Shown: positions 63,801 to 64,000 of the stretch, piece by piece
Layout of the letters: the number at the start of each line of letters is the position of its first letter
Numbering within the stretch: position 1 is the first letter of the stretch
Source of the DNA: Tubiluchus corallicola
Taxonomy: Eukaryota > Animalia > Priapulida
NCBI GenBank assembly: GCA_030141605.1
Contig: JAQGDQ010000203.1
Location: 62,001-126,000, forward strand
Length of the DNA: 64,000 bases
Reading direction: 5' to 3'
Position numbers and translations under genes: made by a program
The notes under the pieces: generated by a model
Database searches by the model: none
What the model was told of the DNA's origin: nothing
Seen by the model: the letters and a program-made list of their open reading frames with translations, nothing else

Positions 63801-64000
63801 TGTCATGGTAGAGGTAATAAAAAAAGAACTAAACACTCCCTCTGAGATCTCCATGAACGTTTCTTGTATGTAGTTTTGCTAATAAAAGAACTGGCGAAAA
63901 GATTCCCGTTTTGGCAGTCTTTCTCCACCAAATTTGCGCAATTTTCCCCTGTACTATTTGTACGTACATTCCACAGGTGCCATAATACTTCATTACACAA

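Overview
AT-rich eukaryotic (invertebrate animal) genomic DNA with spliceosomal introns and many transposon relics; no prokaryotic, CRISPR or rRNA features. Genes: last four exons of histidine ammonia-lyase (HAL, +); a candidate two-exon orphan gene for a small secreted, probably C-terminally amidated Gly/Tyr/Phe-rich peptide (+); tandem single-coding-exon SNF8 and UPF3 (+), each preceded by its own splice acceptor; a complete 12-exon EDEM1 (-, 568 aa by manual splicing, one GC-AG intron); and the first two exons of a PKA type II regulatory subunit (+). Repeats include decayed LINEs, Gypsy relics and a solo LTR, several MITEs, a head-to-tail Helitron-like dimer, a Penelope-like palindrome with a minimal hammerhead core, and minisatellites. 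The most unusual element is a near-intact ~6 kb CR1/L2-group LINE (about 57.5-63.4 kb). Its ORF1 carries an SGNH esterase, and its ORF2 begins with a 300-aa multi-hydrophobic-segment protein joined to the APE-RT polyprotein by a 2A-like motif (GGIETNPGP). All calls come from manual reading and recalled family motifs; no database searches were run.
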